Source of the DNA: an uncultured Chloroflexia bacterium
GTDB taxonomy: Bacteria > Chloroflexota > Limnocylindria > Limnocylindrales > CSP1-4
Length of the DNA stretch: 64,000 nucleotides
Reading direction: 5' to 3'
Assembly (NCBI GenBank): GCA_963712745.1
Contig: CAVQJC010000010.1
Coordinates: 64,001-128,000, forward strand
Shown here: piece by piece, positions 28,508-37,033 of the stretch
How positions within the stretch are numbered: position 1 is the first letter of the stretch
How the letters are laid out: every line of letters starts with the position of its first letter
The notes under the pieces: model-generated
Told to the model about the DNA's origin: nothing
Database searches by the model: none
Seen by the model: only the letters and a program-made list of their open reading frames with translations
Program-made: the position numbers and the translations under genes

Positions 28508-30946
28508 TCAGAGAGCGTCCGCGTCGTCGGGACCCTTGAGCCAGTTCTCGGGTCCGTAGACCGCTCGCGGCACGGCCGGGTTGCGCGGGTCCTGGGGACC
28601 CACGATACCCACCCGCTCGAGTTCGTCGATGATGCGGCTGGCCCGGTTGAAGCCGACCTTCAGCTTGGTCTGCATCATGGAGGTGCTGGCCTTGCCGGTG
28701 AGGACGACCAGCTCCGCAGCGCGCGGCGTGAGCTCGTCCTCTGCCAGCCTGGCCAGCCAGGCGAACTCGCCATTCTCACCGTCGTCGCCGTCGCCGCTGC
28801 CCGAAAGGATATCGGGGTCGTAGGGCGGCTCGGGTTCCTGCTCGCGCCAGAAGTCTGCCACCGCCTTGACCTCGGCATCGGAGACGAAGACGCCCTGGAT
28901 GCGGACAGGTCGCGGCAGGTCCGCGGGCTGGTAGAGCATGTCTCCGCGGCCGATGAGGTCCTCCGCGCCCGGCTGGTCGAGCACGGTGCGGCTGTCCACG
29001 TTCGAGGCCATGGCGAAGGCGATGCGACTGGGCACGTTGGCCTTGATGAGGCCGGTGACCACGTTGACGCTGGGACGCTGCGTAGCCAGCACCAGGTGGA
29101 TGCCCACCGCACGCGCCTTCTGGGCCAGCTTGACGATGGGCTCCTCCACCTTGCGGCCCTCCTGGATCATGAGATCGGCCAGCTCGTCGATCATGAGCAC
29201 GATGTAGGGCATGCGGTCGATGGGGTCGAGCTCGGGCGACGCATTGTAGGAGGCGATGTTGCGCGAGGTGGACTTGGCCAGCTTCTTGTAGCGCTCCTCC
29301 ATCTCGCCCACGGCCCAGGCCAGGGCCGAGCGGGCCTCGTGCGCCTCCATGATCACGTCCGTGAGCAGGTGCGGGATGCGGCCGTACGGCGCCAGCTCGA
29401 CACGCTTGAGGTCGACCAGCACGAACCGCACCTCGGTCGGACGGGCGCGCATGAGGATGCTGGTGACGATGGCGTTGACGCAAACGCTCTTGCCCGAGCC
29501 GGTGGCGCCCGCGATGAGCAGGTGGGGCATGCGCCCGAGGTCCACCGCATAAGGCTTGCCCGAGACGTCCCGGCCGAGCGCGAAGGTCAGGTCGCTGGTG
29601 GCCTCGGACATCTGGGCGTCTTCATAGACGGCGCGGAAGCCGACCATCTCCGAGGCATGGTTGGGGATCTCGATGCCGACCACGTCGCGCCCGGGGATGG
29701 GCGCCTCGATGCGGATACTGCGGGCGGCGAGCGCCATGGCCAGGTCGTCGGCGAGGCCCTCGATGCGGCTGAGCTTGATGCGCGCGTCGGGCCGGACTTC
29801 ATACTGCGTGACCACCGGGCCGGTATTGGTGCCCACGACCGTGGCCGGGATCGCGAAGGAGCGCAGCTTCTCCTCGATGATGCGCACGTTGGTCTCGTGG
29901 TCGTGACGCTCCGCGTCGGCCTTCTCGGTGGCGGGGTCGAGCAGGGTCACGCTGGGCAGCCGCCACTCCTTCTGGTGCAGCCTCAGCCTGGCGACCTCGG
30001 CACGGTCGGGATGGGCGTCGGCCTTCTCGGCGCTCTGGTAGTCGGCCAGGGCCGGCTTCTCGAGGGCCTGCTGGTCCAGGGTCGCCGTCGCGCCGCCGAC
30101 CGCGGTCGCGGTCGCTCCGCGTGGCTTGACCGCGACGGCCGACGCCGGTGCGGCCTCCGCCACCGCCGCCGCAGCAGAGGCAACGTTGTGCTTGCTGCCG
30201 CCGATCCAGACCGTCTGGCTCACCGGTGCCGGCGAGGGCATCGGCTCCGGCAGCTCCGGTGGCGGCTCCGTGGCGGCCCTGGCCCGGCCGTGGGCGGCAC
30301 GGGCCACCGGGATAGCCACGGCCTCGTGCGGTTCGGGCCCGCTTCGCCTGCGCCAGGCCTGGGCAGCGTTGGCGGCGCCGGCCGTGATCATCATCCAGGC
30401 CGCCCGGCCGCCATCGATGAAGGGGGTCACGAAGGCGACCAGCGTGATGTTGAAGAGCAGCAGGATGCCCACCAGCACGATGCCCACGAGGATGACGAAG
30501 GCACCGAGCGGGCTGACCAGGTCGGACAGGGTCGAGGCCAGGGCCTCCCCCAGCGCTCCCCCACCCTGCTCCAGGTCGTTGGCGCTGTCGCCCTTGCCGC
30601 TGAACAGATGGATCAGTCCCTGGCCGCCGACGAAGACGATGAGCCCACCGACCGCCACGGTGATCCAGCTGTAGTCGACGCTCGGCGCCCGCTCCACGAG
30701 TACGCCGGCCACGATGAGCAGGATGCCCAGCAGCCAGGCGCCCTGGCCGAAGAGCGGCCGCAGGAACCCGTCGACGTAGCCGTTGAGCAGTCCACCCCCG
30801 GGCAGGAACAGGGCGATGAGAGTGGTGGCCCCGATCAGGATGAGCGCCACTGCGGCGACCGAGCGAAGCGTCCCCGGCGAGACGCGTGGTGCCTGGTCCT
30901 TCCTTGCGCGGGAACTGCTGCGGGTGCTCTTCTTGCGTTGGGCCAT
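28508..30946 (-). CDS. ftsK: DNA translocase FtsK
   Basis: N-terminal TMs, PHLLIAGATGSGKS, IDELADLM, ATQRPSV, GAEDLIGRGDML, gamma domain (VGFNRASRIIDELE). Confidence 0.97.
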   Translation of the reverse strand: MAQRKKSTRSSSRARKDQAPRVSPGTLRSVAAVALILIGATTLIALFLPGGGLLNGYVDGFLRPLFGQGAWLLGILLIVAGVLVERAPSVDYSWITVAVGGLIVFVGGQGLIHLFSGKGDSANDLEQGGGALGEALASTLSDLVSPLGAFVILVGIVLVGILLLFNITLVAFVTPFIDGGRAAWMMITAGAANAAQAWRRRSGPEPHEAVAIPVARAAHGRARAATEPPPELPEPMPSPAPVSQTVWIGGSKHNVASAAAAVAEAAPASAVAVKPRGATATAVGGATATLDQQALEKPALADYQSAEKADAHPDRAEVARLRLHQKEWRLPSVTLLDPATEKADAERHDHETNVRIIEEKLRSFAIPATVVGTNTGPVVTQYEVRPDARIKLSRIEGLADDLAMALAARSIRIEAPIPGRDVVGIEIPNHASEMVGFRAVYEDAQMSEATSDLTFALGRDVSGKPYAVDLGRMPHLLIAGATGSGKSVCVNAIVTSILMRARPTEVRFVLVDLKRVELAPYGRIPHLLTDVIMEAHEARSALAWAVGEMEERYKKLAKSTSRNIASYNASPELDPIDRMPYIVLMIDELADLMIQEGRKVEEPIVKLAQKARAVGIHLVLATQRPSVNVVTGLIKANVPSRIAFAMASNVDSRTVLDQPGAEDLIGRGDMLYQPADLPRPVRIQGVFVSDAEVKAVADFWREQEPEPPYDPDILSGSGDGDDGENGEFAWLARLAEDELTPRAAELVVLTGKASTSMMQTKLKVGFNRASRIIDELERVGIVGPQDPRNPAVPRAVYGPENWLKGPDDADAL

Positions 30947-30952
30947 GCGGCG

Positions 30953-32635
30953 CTAGACCTCCACGATGACCGGGAAGACGAGCGGGCGCCGGCGGGTCTG
31001 CTCGTAGAGGTAGTTCGAGAGACCGTCCTTGATCTGGGCCTTGAGCAGGCCAGGCTCGGAGAAATGCTCGCCTGGTCGCTCGATGGACGACGCGATCCGG
31101 AGAGCAGCTCCAGCCACCAGCTTCTCGTCGGCCTTGGACACGAAACCACGGGTCACGACCTCAGGGGCTCCTACCAGCGTGCCGTGCTGCTTGTCCACGG
31201 TAACGACCACGAGGAACATACCGTCCTTGGCCAACGCGCGGCGGTCACGCAGCACGATGTCCCCGACCTCACCGACCGAGACGCCGTCGACGTAGACCTG
31301 ACCGGCCTCCACCCGCTCTCCACGGCGCGCTGAGCCATCGGCGAGGAACTCGATAGGCTGGCCGTTCTCGAGGATGAGGATGTTCTCCGAGTCGACGCCC
31401 ACTTCGGCCGCCAGCCGACCGTGCTGCACCAGCATCCGGAACTCGCCGTGGACCGGGATGATGAACTTGGGCCTGGTCAGGTTGAGCATCAGCTTCAGCT
31501 CCTCCTGGCTGGCGTGACCGGAAACATGGGCCCGCTTGATGGCGTAGTAGTAGACGTTGGCACCGGCCTTGAAGAGGTTGTCGACCGTGCGCGCCACCCC
31601 TTCCTCGTTCCCGGGGATGGGGCTGGCGCTGACGATGACCGTGTCTCCGGGCGTGATCTCGACGAAGCGGTGATCGCGGTTGGCCATACGTGCCAGGCCG
31701 GCCATGGGCTCGCCTTGGGATCCGGTCGTCATGATGGTCAGCTTGTCGTCGGCGATGCCCCTGATCTTGCCCTTGTTGACCAGGCCGGTACTGGGCGGAC
31801 GGAGGTAACCGAGGTCCGCCGCGATACGAGTGTTCTGCTCCATGGAGCGCCCGATGACCGCGACCTGGCGACCGAAGTTCTCCGACGCGTCGAAGACCTG
31901 CTGGACGCGCGCGATGTTGGAGGCGAAGGTGGCCACGATGACGCGACCCTCGAGTCCTTCCATGATGTCGTGGAAAGCCTCGCGGACCGTGCTCTCCGAG
32001 GGCGTCCAGCCGGGCACCTCGGCACGCGTCGAGTCGGACATCAGGCAGAGAACGCCTTCCTCGCCGAAGCGGGCGATGGCCTGGAAGTCGACCGGCTTGC
32101 CGTCGACCGGGGTCTGGTCGAACTTGAAGTCGCCGGTATGGACGATGTCGCCGAAGGGCGTGCGGATGCGCAGGCCCATGGCGTCGGGGATGGAGTGGCC
32201 GACGCGGAAGGCCGTGACCTCGAAGTGGCCCAGCTCGACGGTCTCACCGGGGTCGAGTGCCTTGAGCGGATTGTTGCGGAGCTTGTGCTCCTTGATCTTG
32301 TTGCCGAGCAGGCCGCGGGCCAGGGTCGAGGCGTAGACCGGCACGCCAGGGAACTCGGGCAGCACGTACGGCAAGGCACCGACGTGGTCTTCGTGAGCAT
32401 GGGTGATGACGAAGGCCCTGACCTTCTCGCGCTTCTCGCGCAGATACGAGATATCGGGGATGACGATGTCGATCCCGTACATCTCCTCATCGGGGAAGGC
32501 CAGGCCGCAGTCGACCACGATGATCTCGTCGTCGAACTCGAACACGGTCATGTTCTTGCCGATCTCGCCGATGCCACCGAGCGGGGTGACGCGCAAGACG
32601 TCCTGGCTCGTGGTCGGAGCACGTTTGACGGTCAT
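30953..32635 (-). CDS. rnj: Ribonuclease J
   Basis: PLGGIGEIGKN, THAHEDH, HTGDFK, FASNIAR, TGSQGEP, HVSGHA, PVHGE. Confidence 0.97.
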   Translation of the reverse strand: MTVKRAPTTSQDVLRVTPLGGIGEIGKNMTVFEFDDEIIVVDCGLAFPDEEMYGIDIVIPDISYLREKREKVRAFVITHAHEDHVGALPYVLPEFPGVPVYASTLARGLLGNKIKEHKLRNNPLKALDPGETVELGHFEVTAFRVGHSIPDAMGLRIRTPFGDIVHTGDFKFDQTPVDGKPVDFQAIARFGEEGVLCLMSDSTRAEVPGWTPSESTVREAFHDIMEGLEGRVIVATFASNIARVQQVFDASENFGRQVAVIGRSMEQNTRIAADLGYLRPPSTGLVNKGKIRGIADDKLTIMTTGSQGEPMAGLARMANRDHRFVEITPGDTVIVSASPIPGNEEGVARTVDNLFKAGANVYYYAIKRAHVSGHASQEELKLMLNLTRPKFIIPVHGEFRMLVQHGRLAAEVGVDSENILILENGQPIEFLADGSARRGERVEAGQVYVDGVSVGEVGDIVLRDRRALAKDGMFLVVVTVDKQHGTLVGAPEVVTRGFVSKADEKLVAGAALRIASSIERPGEHFSEPGLLKAQIKDGLSNYLYEQTRRRPLVFPVIVEV

Positions 32636-33415
32636 CTAGAACAGTCCGATCTGGTCGTTGCTGATGTGCATGGGTTCATCCTCGGGTGGTTCCGGCATCG
32701 CTGCCGGTGTGCTGGCTTCGGCGCTGGTCTCCTGGGTAGGCTCGGAACCGGCGACAAACCGATCGCGCTGGGGCGAAGCGGCTGCAGCCGTCACCGTCTG
32801 ATCGTCGGCGGCGCTATCGGCACGCCCAGAGCGAGCGCGGATCAGGACTTCGGGTATGGCCGCCATGTCTCGCTGCATCGTCTCCTTGAGCGAGCCCTGC
32901 CGCAGGGCGGCCGCGGGGTGGTAGAGGGCGTAGCCGGTGGCCGCGCGGGCACCGGTCGAGGGGTCGATCGGCCGCTCGGTGCCATGGACGCGGCTGATGC
33001 GGTCCCCGGGCATGAACGTCTGCAGGCTGAAACGCCCGAGAGTGACCAGGAGCGCCGGGTCGAGCACCTCCAGCTGACGCTGCAGGAAGGGCTGGCAGGC
33101 GGCGATCTCGTCGGGTTCGGGATCGCGGTTGTTGGGCGGACGGCACTTCACGACGTTGGTGATGAAGATATCCTCGCGGCGCCAACCGATCATGGCCAGC
33201 AGCTCCTCCAGCAGTGCTCCGGCTGCGCCCACGAAGGGACGACCCTGCCGGTCCTCGTTCTGGCCCGGGCCCTCGCCCACGAATACCACCTCGGTATCGG
33301 GGCTCCCCTCCCCCGGGACGGCGTTGTTCCGCCCCTGTGCGAGGCGGCAGCTCGTGCAGGCACGGACCTCGCTGGCGATGTTCTCGAGCGCTGCCTGTCG
33401 TTCCTCGGTCGTCAC
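32636..33415 (-). CDS. Uracil-DNA glycosylase, family 4
   Basis: CTSC, GEGPG..ED..GRPFVG, NVVKCRPPNNR, YHPAAAL. Confidence 0.93.
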   Translation of the reverse strand: MTTEERQAALENIASEVRACTSCRLAQGRNNAVPGEGSPDTEVVFVGEGPGQNEDRQGRPFVGAAGALLEELLAMIGWRREDIFITNVVKCRPPNNRDPEPDEIAACQPFLQRQLEVLDPALLVTLGRFSLQTFMPGDRISRVHGTERPIDPSTGARAATGYALYHPAAALRQGSLKETMQRDMAAIPEVLIRARSGRADSAADDQTVTAAAASPQRDRFVAGSEPTQETSAEASTPAAMPEPPEDEPMHISNDQIGLF

Positions 33416-34479
33416 GCGGCCCCGGCAGCGCGCTCCGACGCCTTCCTCAGCCAGCCGTTCTGGACGACCACCTCGGCGATCTCGACGGCATTGGTGGCGG
33501 CGCCCTTGCGCAGGTTGTCGGAAACGACCCAGAAGGCCAGGCCCTTCCCGGCCGGCAGCGAGGCATCGGCACGGATGCGCCCGACGTAGACCTCATCGCG
33601 GCCGGCGCCCTCGATGGCCAGCGGGTAGACATTCTCAGCGGGGTCGTCGCGGACGAGGACACCGGGCACCTGCGCGAACAGCTCGCGAGCCTGGTCGGGC
33701 GACATCGAGCCGGTCAGCTCGACGTGGACGGCCTCCGAATGCGAGGTGATGACCGGCACGCGCACCGCGGTGCACGAGACGGGAAGGTCTGGCAGATGCA
33801 GGATCTTGCGTGTCTCGACGACGACCTTCCACTCCTCCTTGGTGTAGCCGTTGTCAAGGAAGACGTCGATGTGTGGCAGGACGTTGAATGCGATCTGGTG
33901 CGGGTAGACCGACGCCACCAGCTCCTCACCCGCGACGTGCGCACGGACCTGGTCCTCCAGCTCGACGACGGCCTTGTTGCCGCTGCCGCTGACGGCCTGG
34001 TACGTGTCCACGATGACGCGCTCCATACCCACGCTGTCGCGCAGTGCCTTGAACAGGGGCATCAACTGCATGGTCGAGCAGTTGGGGTTGGCGATGATGC
34101 CCTCGTGATCGGCTGCATCCTCGTCATTGACGCCGGCCACCACCAGCGGCACGCCCGGCTCCATGCGCCACTGGCTGGAGTTGTCGACCACGACCGCGCC
34201 GCGCGCGGCAGCCGCGGGCGCGAACACCTTGGAGGTGCCGCCGCCGGCAGAGAAGATGGCGATGTCGACGCCCTCGAACGCCTCGGGCGTGGTGACCGCC
34301 ACCGGCCAGGCGCGGCCACCGAAGTCGACGGTACGACCGTCCGCGCGGGAGGCCAGCGGGCGGAGTTCGCCGATGGGGAAACCCCGCTCGGCGAGGATCT
34401 CGATCATGGTTCGGCCCACCAGGCCAGTGGCGCCGACGACGGCGACGGTGAGGGGCCGGTGAGAGGACTCGATGGGCAT
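33412..34479 (-). CDS. asd: Aspartate-semialdehyde dehydrogenase
   Basis: GATGLVG, DNSS, ANPNCST, YQAVSGSG, DNLRKGAA. Confidence 0.97.
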   Translation of the reverse strand: MPIESSHRPLTVAVVGATGLVGRTMIEILAERGFPIGELRPLASRADGRTVDFGGRAWPVAVTTPEAFEGVDIAIFSAGGGTSKVFAPAAAARGAVVVDNSSQWRMEPGVPLVVAGVNDEDAADHEGIIANPNCSTMQLMPLFKALRDSVGMERVIVDTYQAVSGSGNKAVVELEDQVRAHVAGEELVASVYPHQIAFNVLPHIDVFLDNGYTKEEWKVVVETRKILHLPDLPVSCTAVRVPVITSHSEAVHVELTGSMSPDQARELFAQVPGVLVRDDPAENVYPLAIEGAGRDEVYVGRIRADASLPAGKGLAFWVVSDNLRKGAATNAVEIAEVVVQNGWLRKASERAAGAA

Positions 34480-34601
34480 GGTGCTATTCCTATGGGACTT
34501 CCATCGAGGGCACGTGACGATGATACCGCGTCGGTGGCGCGCCCTCGAGCGTGTCTACGCTACCGTGGAATGGTGATTCGTGATCGTCTCTTGCCGACGC
34601 C

Positions 34602-35928
34602 TTGACCTCGACCACCCGCGACCGACCCCGCAGCGGCAGATCCGCGGTTCGACACGCACCCGTGCGCGTGGCCATCCTCATCAACAACACCTACGTCGCC
34701 GACGCGCGCGCCTGGAAGACCGCGGTCTCGCTGGGCAAGGCCGGCTACCACGTGACCGTCATCGCGCGCTGGGGCCCTGGCCTGGCCACCACCGAGCAGC
34801 TCGACCATCACACGGTCACCCGCATCCGTCAGCCCGAGGTGCTGCGCTGGCTGCCCGCTCCGAGCCTGCCCGAGACCGGCGACGACCCACGTGGCCGCAC
34901 CGGCGGCCTGCGACGACGCATCCGTGACACGGCCGGACGAGCGAGCCAGGCCTTGCGCTACCTGCGTATGTCACGCGCCTGGTCGAAGGTCATCGCCAGC
35001 CAGGTCGAGGGCTTCGACGTGTGGCAAGCTGAGAGCGTCATCACGCTCTCGCAGGCCGTGGCCCTGCGCCAGCATTTTGGCGGCGTCGTCATCTACGACG
35101 CCAATGACATCGACAGCGAGGCCGGTCGCATGGCCAGCCTGCCGGGACCGTGGAAGCAGCTGCTGCGCCGGCACGAGCGGCGACTCGCGCGCGCGGCCGA
35201 TGCGGTCGTGACCGTGTCTGACCCCTACGCCCAGATACTCGCGCGCATCCTGGGTCGGCCCGTCGATGCGGTCGTGCGCAACGCCGCGGTCGTCGACGAC
35301 CTGCACGCAGAGCCGCAGGCCAAGGACGTCGAGCGCAGCGACCGCTTCCACGAGCAGTTCGAGCTGCCACCGGAGCGGCGCATCGTGCTCTACATCGGGC
35401 AGGTGATGCGTGGACGCGGGCTGCGCCAGCTCTTCGAGGCCATCGCGCTGGTGGAGGATGCCGACCTCGTGGTGGCCGGCTTCGGACCCGACTACGAGCG
35501 TTACCGCACGATGGCCGCAGCGCTGCCCCATCGTGATCGGTATCCACTTCGCTGGCTCGGTACCGCCTGCGGAGATCGCCGACTGGACACGCGGCGCGGA
35601 CGTCGCCGCGATGCCGGTGCAGCCGGACACGCTCAACCACCGCTTCAACACGCCCACCAAGCTTTACGACGCCATGGGCGTGGGCGTGCCGGTGGTGGCC
35701 AGCAAGCTGCCGGGCATCTCTCCCATCGTGAACGAGACCGGCTGCGGCGTGCTCTGCGACCCGACCGACCCGGCCGACCTGGCACGAGCCATCCGTGACA
35801 TCATCGATGCGCCCGAGGCCGACCGACTGGCGCTGCGACTGCGCTGCCTCGGCGCCGCCCGCCACCGCTACGCGTGGCAGCACCAGGCCCGGGAGTTGCT
35901 GCGTGTCTACGACGACTTGGGGGTCTGA
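34602..35928 (+). CDS. GT4 glycosyltransferase, split by a 1-bp insertion near 35541
   Basis: ORF 34602 (DARAWK, YIGQVMRGRGL) continues in ORF 35410 (IHFAGSVP, TPTKLYDAMGVGVPVVAS). Confidence 0.85.
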
Positions 35929-35934
35929 CACGAC

Positions 35935-37023
35935 GTGAAGGTCCTGTTCCTGCCCGACTACTCGGAGGCCAACGCCTACCAGCGCGCACTCAGTGAGGGA
36001 CTCGAAGGACTGGGCGTGACGGTCAGCGGCGACCCCACCCGTGCTCGCCGAATCCTGCCCATCGCAGAGGCGCTGCGGCGCCATGGCCGTCCCGACATCC
36101 TCCATTTCCACTGGACCGAGCCCTACATCGCCGGCGGGAGCAGCCGCGTAAGCCGGCTGAAGGCACGCCGCACGCTGGTCGAGCTGCGTCTGGCCAGGCG
36201 CGCCGGTGTGCGGCTGGTGTGGACGGCCCACGACCTCTTCCGCCACGACCGCCGCGAGGATCCCAACGAGCTTGCCTTCATGCGCTCGCTCTTCGGGCTG
36301 GCGGACACGGTCATCGTGCACTGCCGCGCCGCCGCGGACGGACTGCTCGAGACACTGGCCCTGGGCGAGGCCGGCCGCCACAAGATCGCGGTCATCCCCC
36401 ACGGGCACTACCGCGGGGCCTATCCCGACACCATCAGCCGCCAGGACGCTCGCCGGCGGCTGGGGCTGCCCGCGGAGGGCAAGGTCATCTCGTTCGTCGG
36501 CTGGGTGCGCTCCTACAAGGGCGTGTGGGAGCTGCTGGAGGCCTTCGCCGGACTCGACGAGCCGGAGGCACGCCTGGTCATCGCCGGACGCGCCATCGAC
36601 GGAGCGTACGCAGCACGGTTGACCGCAGCCGCCAAGGGTGACGAGCGCATCCTGCTCGACCTGGACTTCATCCCCGACGAGGACCTGCAGGTATACCTGC
36701 GCGCCGCCGACGTCGTAGCCACGCCCTTCCTCGAGATCTTCACCTCCGGCTCGGTGCTGCTGGCCATGTCCTTCGAGCGTGCCGTCCTGGCACCTCGCCG
36801 CGGCTGTGTCACCGATGTGCTGGACGAGCGTGGGGGCATCCTCTACGACGCAGACGACCCGCAGGGCCTCGAGGGCGCACTGCGGGTCGCGATGACGGCG
36901 GATCTGGAAGCGATGGGCCGCCATAACGGCGACAGCCTTGATCGTTTCGATTGGTCCCGGGTCGCCATGGCGACCCGGGATGCCTACGAGGCCGTCCTCA
37001 CCGAGAGCGACCCCGCCGGCTGA
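35935..37023 (+). CDS. GT4 glycosyltransferase
   Basis: NAYQ, HFHW, WTAHD, IPHGHY, GWVRSYKG, TSGSVLLAMSF. Confidence 0.9.
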   Translation: MKVLFLPDYSEANAYQRALSEGLEGLGVTVSGDPTRARRILPIAEALRRHGRPDILHFHWTEPYIAGGSSRVSRLKARRTLVELRLARRAGVRLVWTAHDLFRHDRREDPNELAFMRSLFGLADTVIVHCRAAADGLLETLALGEAGRHKIAVIPHGHYRGAYPDTISRQDARRRLGLPAEGKVISFVGWVRSYKGVWELLEAFAGLDEPEARLVIAGRAIDGAYAARLTAAAKGDERILLDLDFIPDEDLQVYLRAADVVATPFLEIFTSGSVLLAMSFERAVLAPRRGCVTDVLDERGGILYDADDPQGLEGALRVAMTADLEAMGRHNGDSLDRFDWSRVAMATRDAYEAVLTESDPAG

Positions 37024-37033
37024 GCGGTCGAGG

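Noticed and set aside
28364-31333. 989-aa + strand ORF, and similar long ORFs such as 31421-33589, 37940-39697, 2640-4142 and 35089-36924
   Set aside because: Antisense shadows of well-supported genes (ftsK, rnj, pnp, tgt, GTs); expected in high-GC DNA and lacking motifs.
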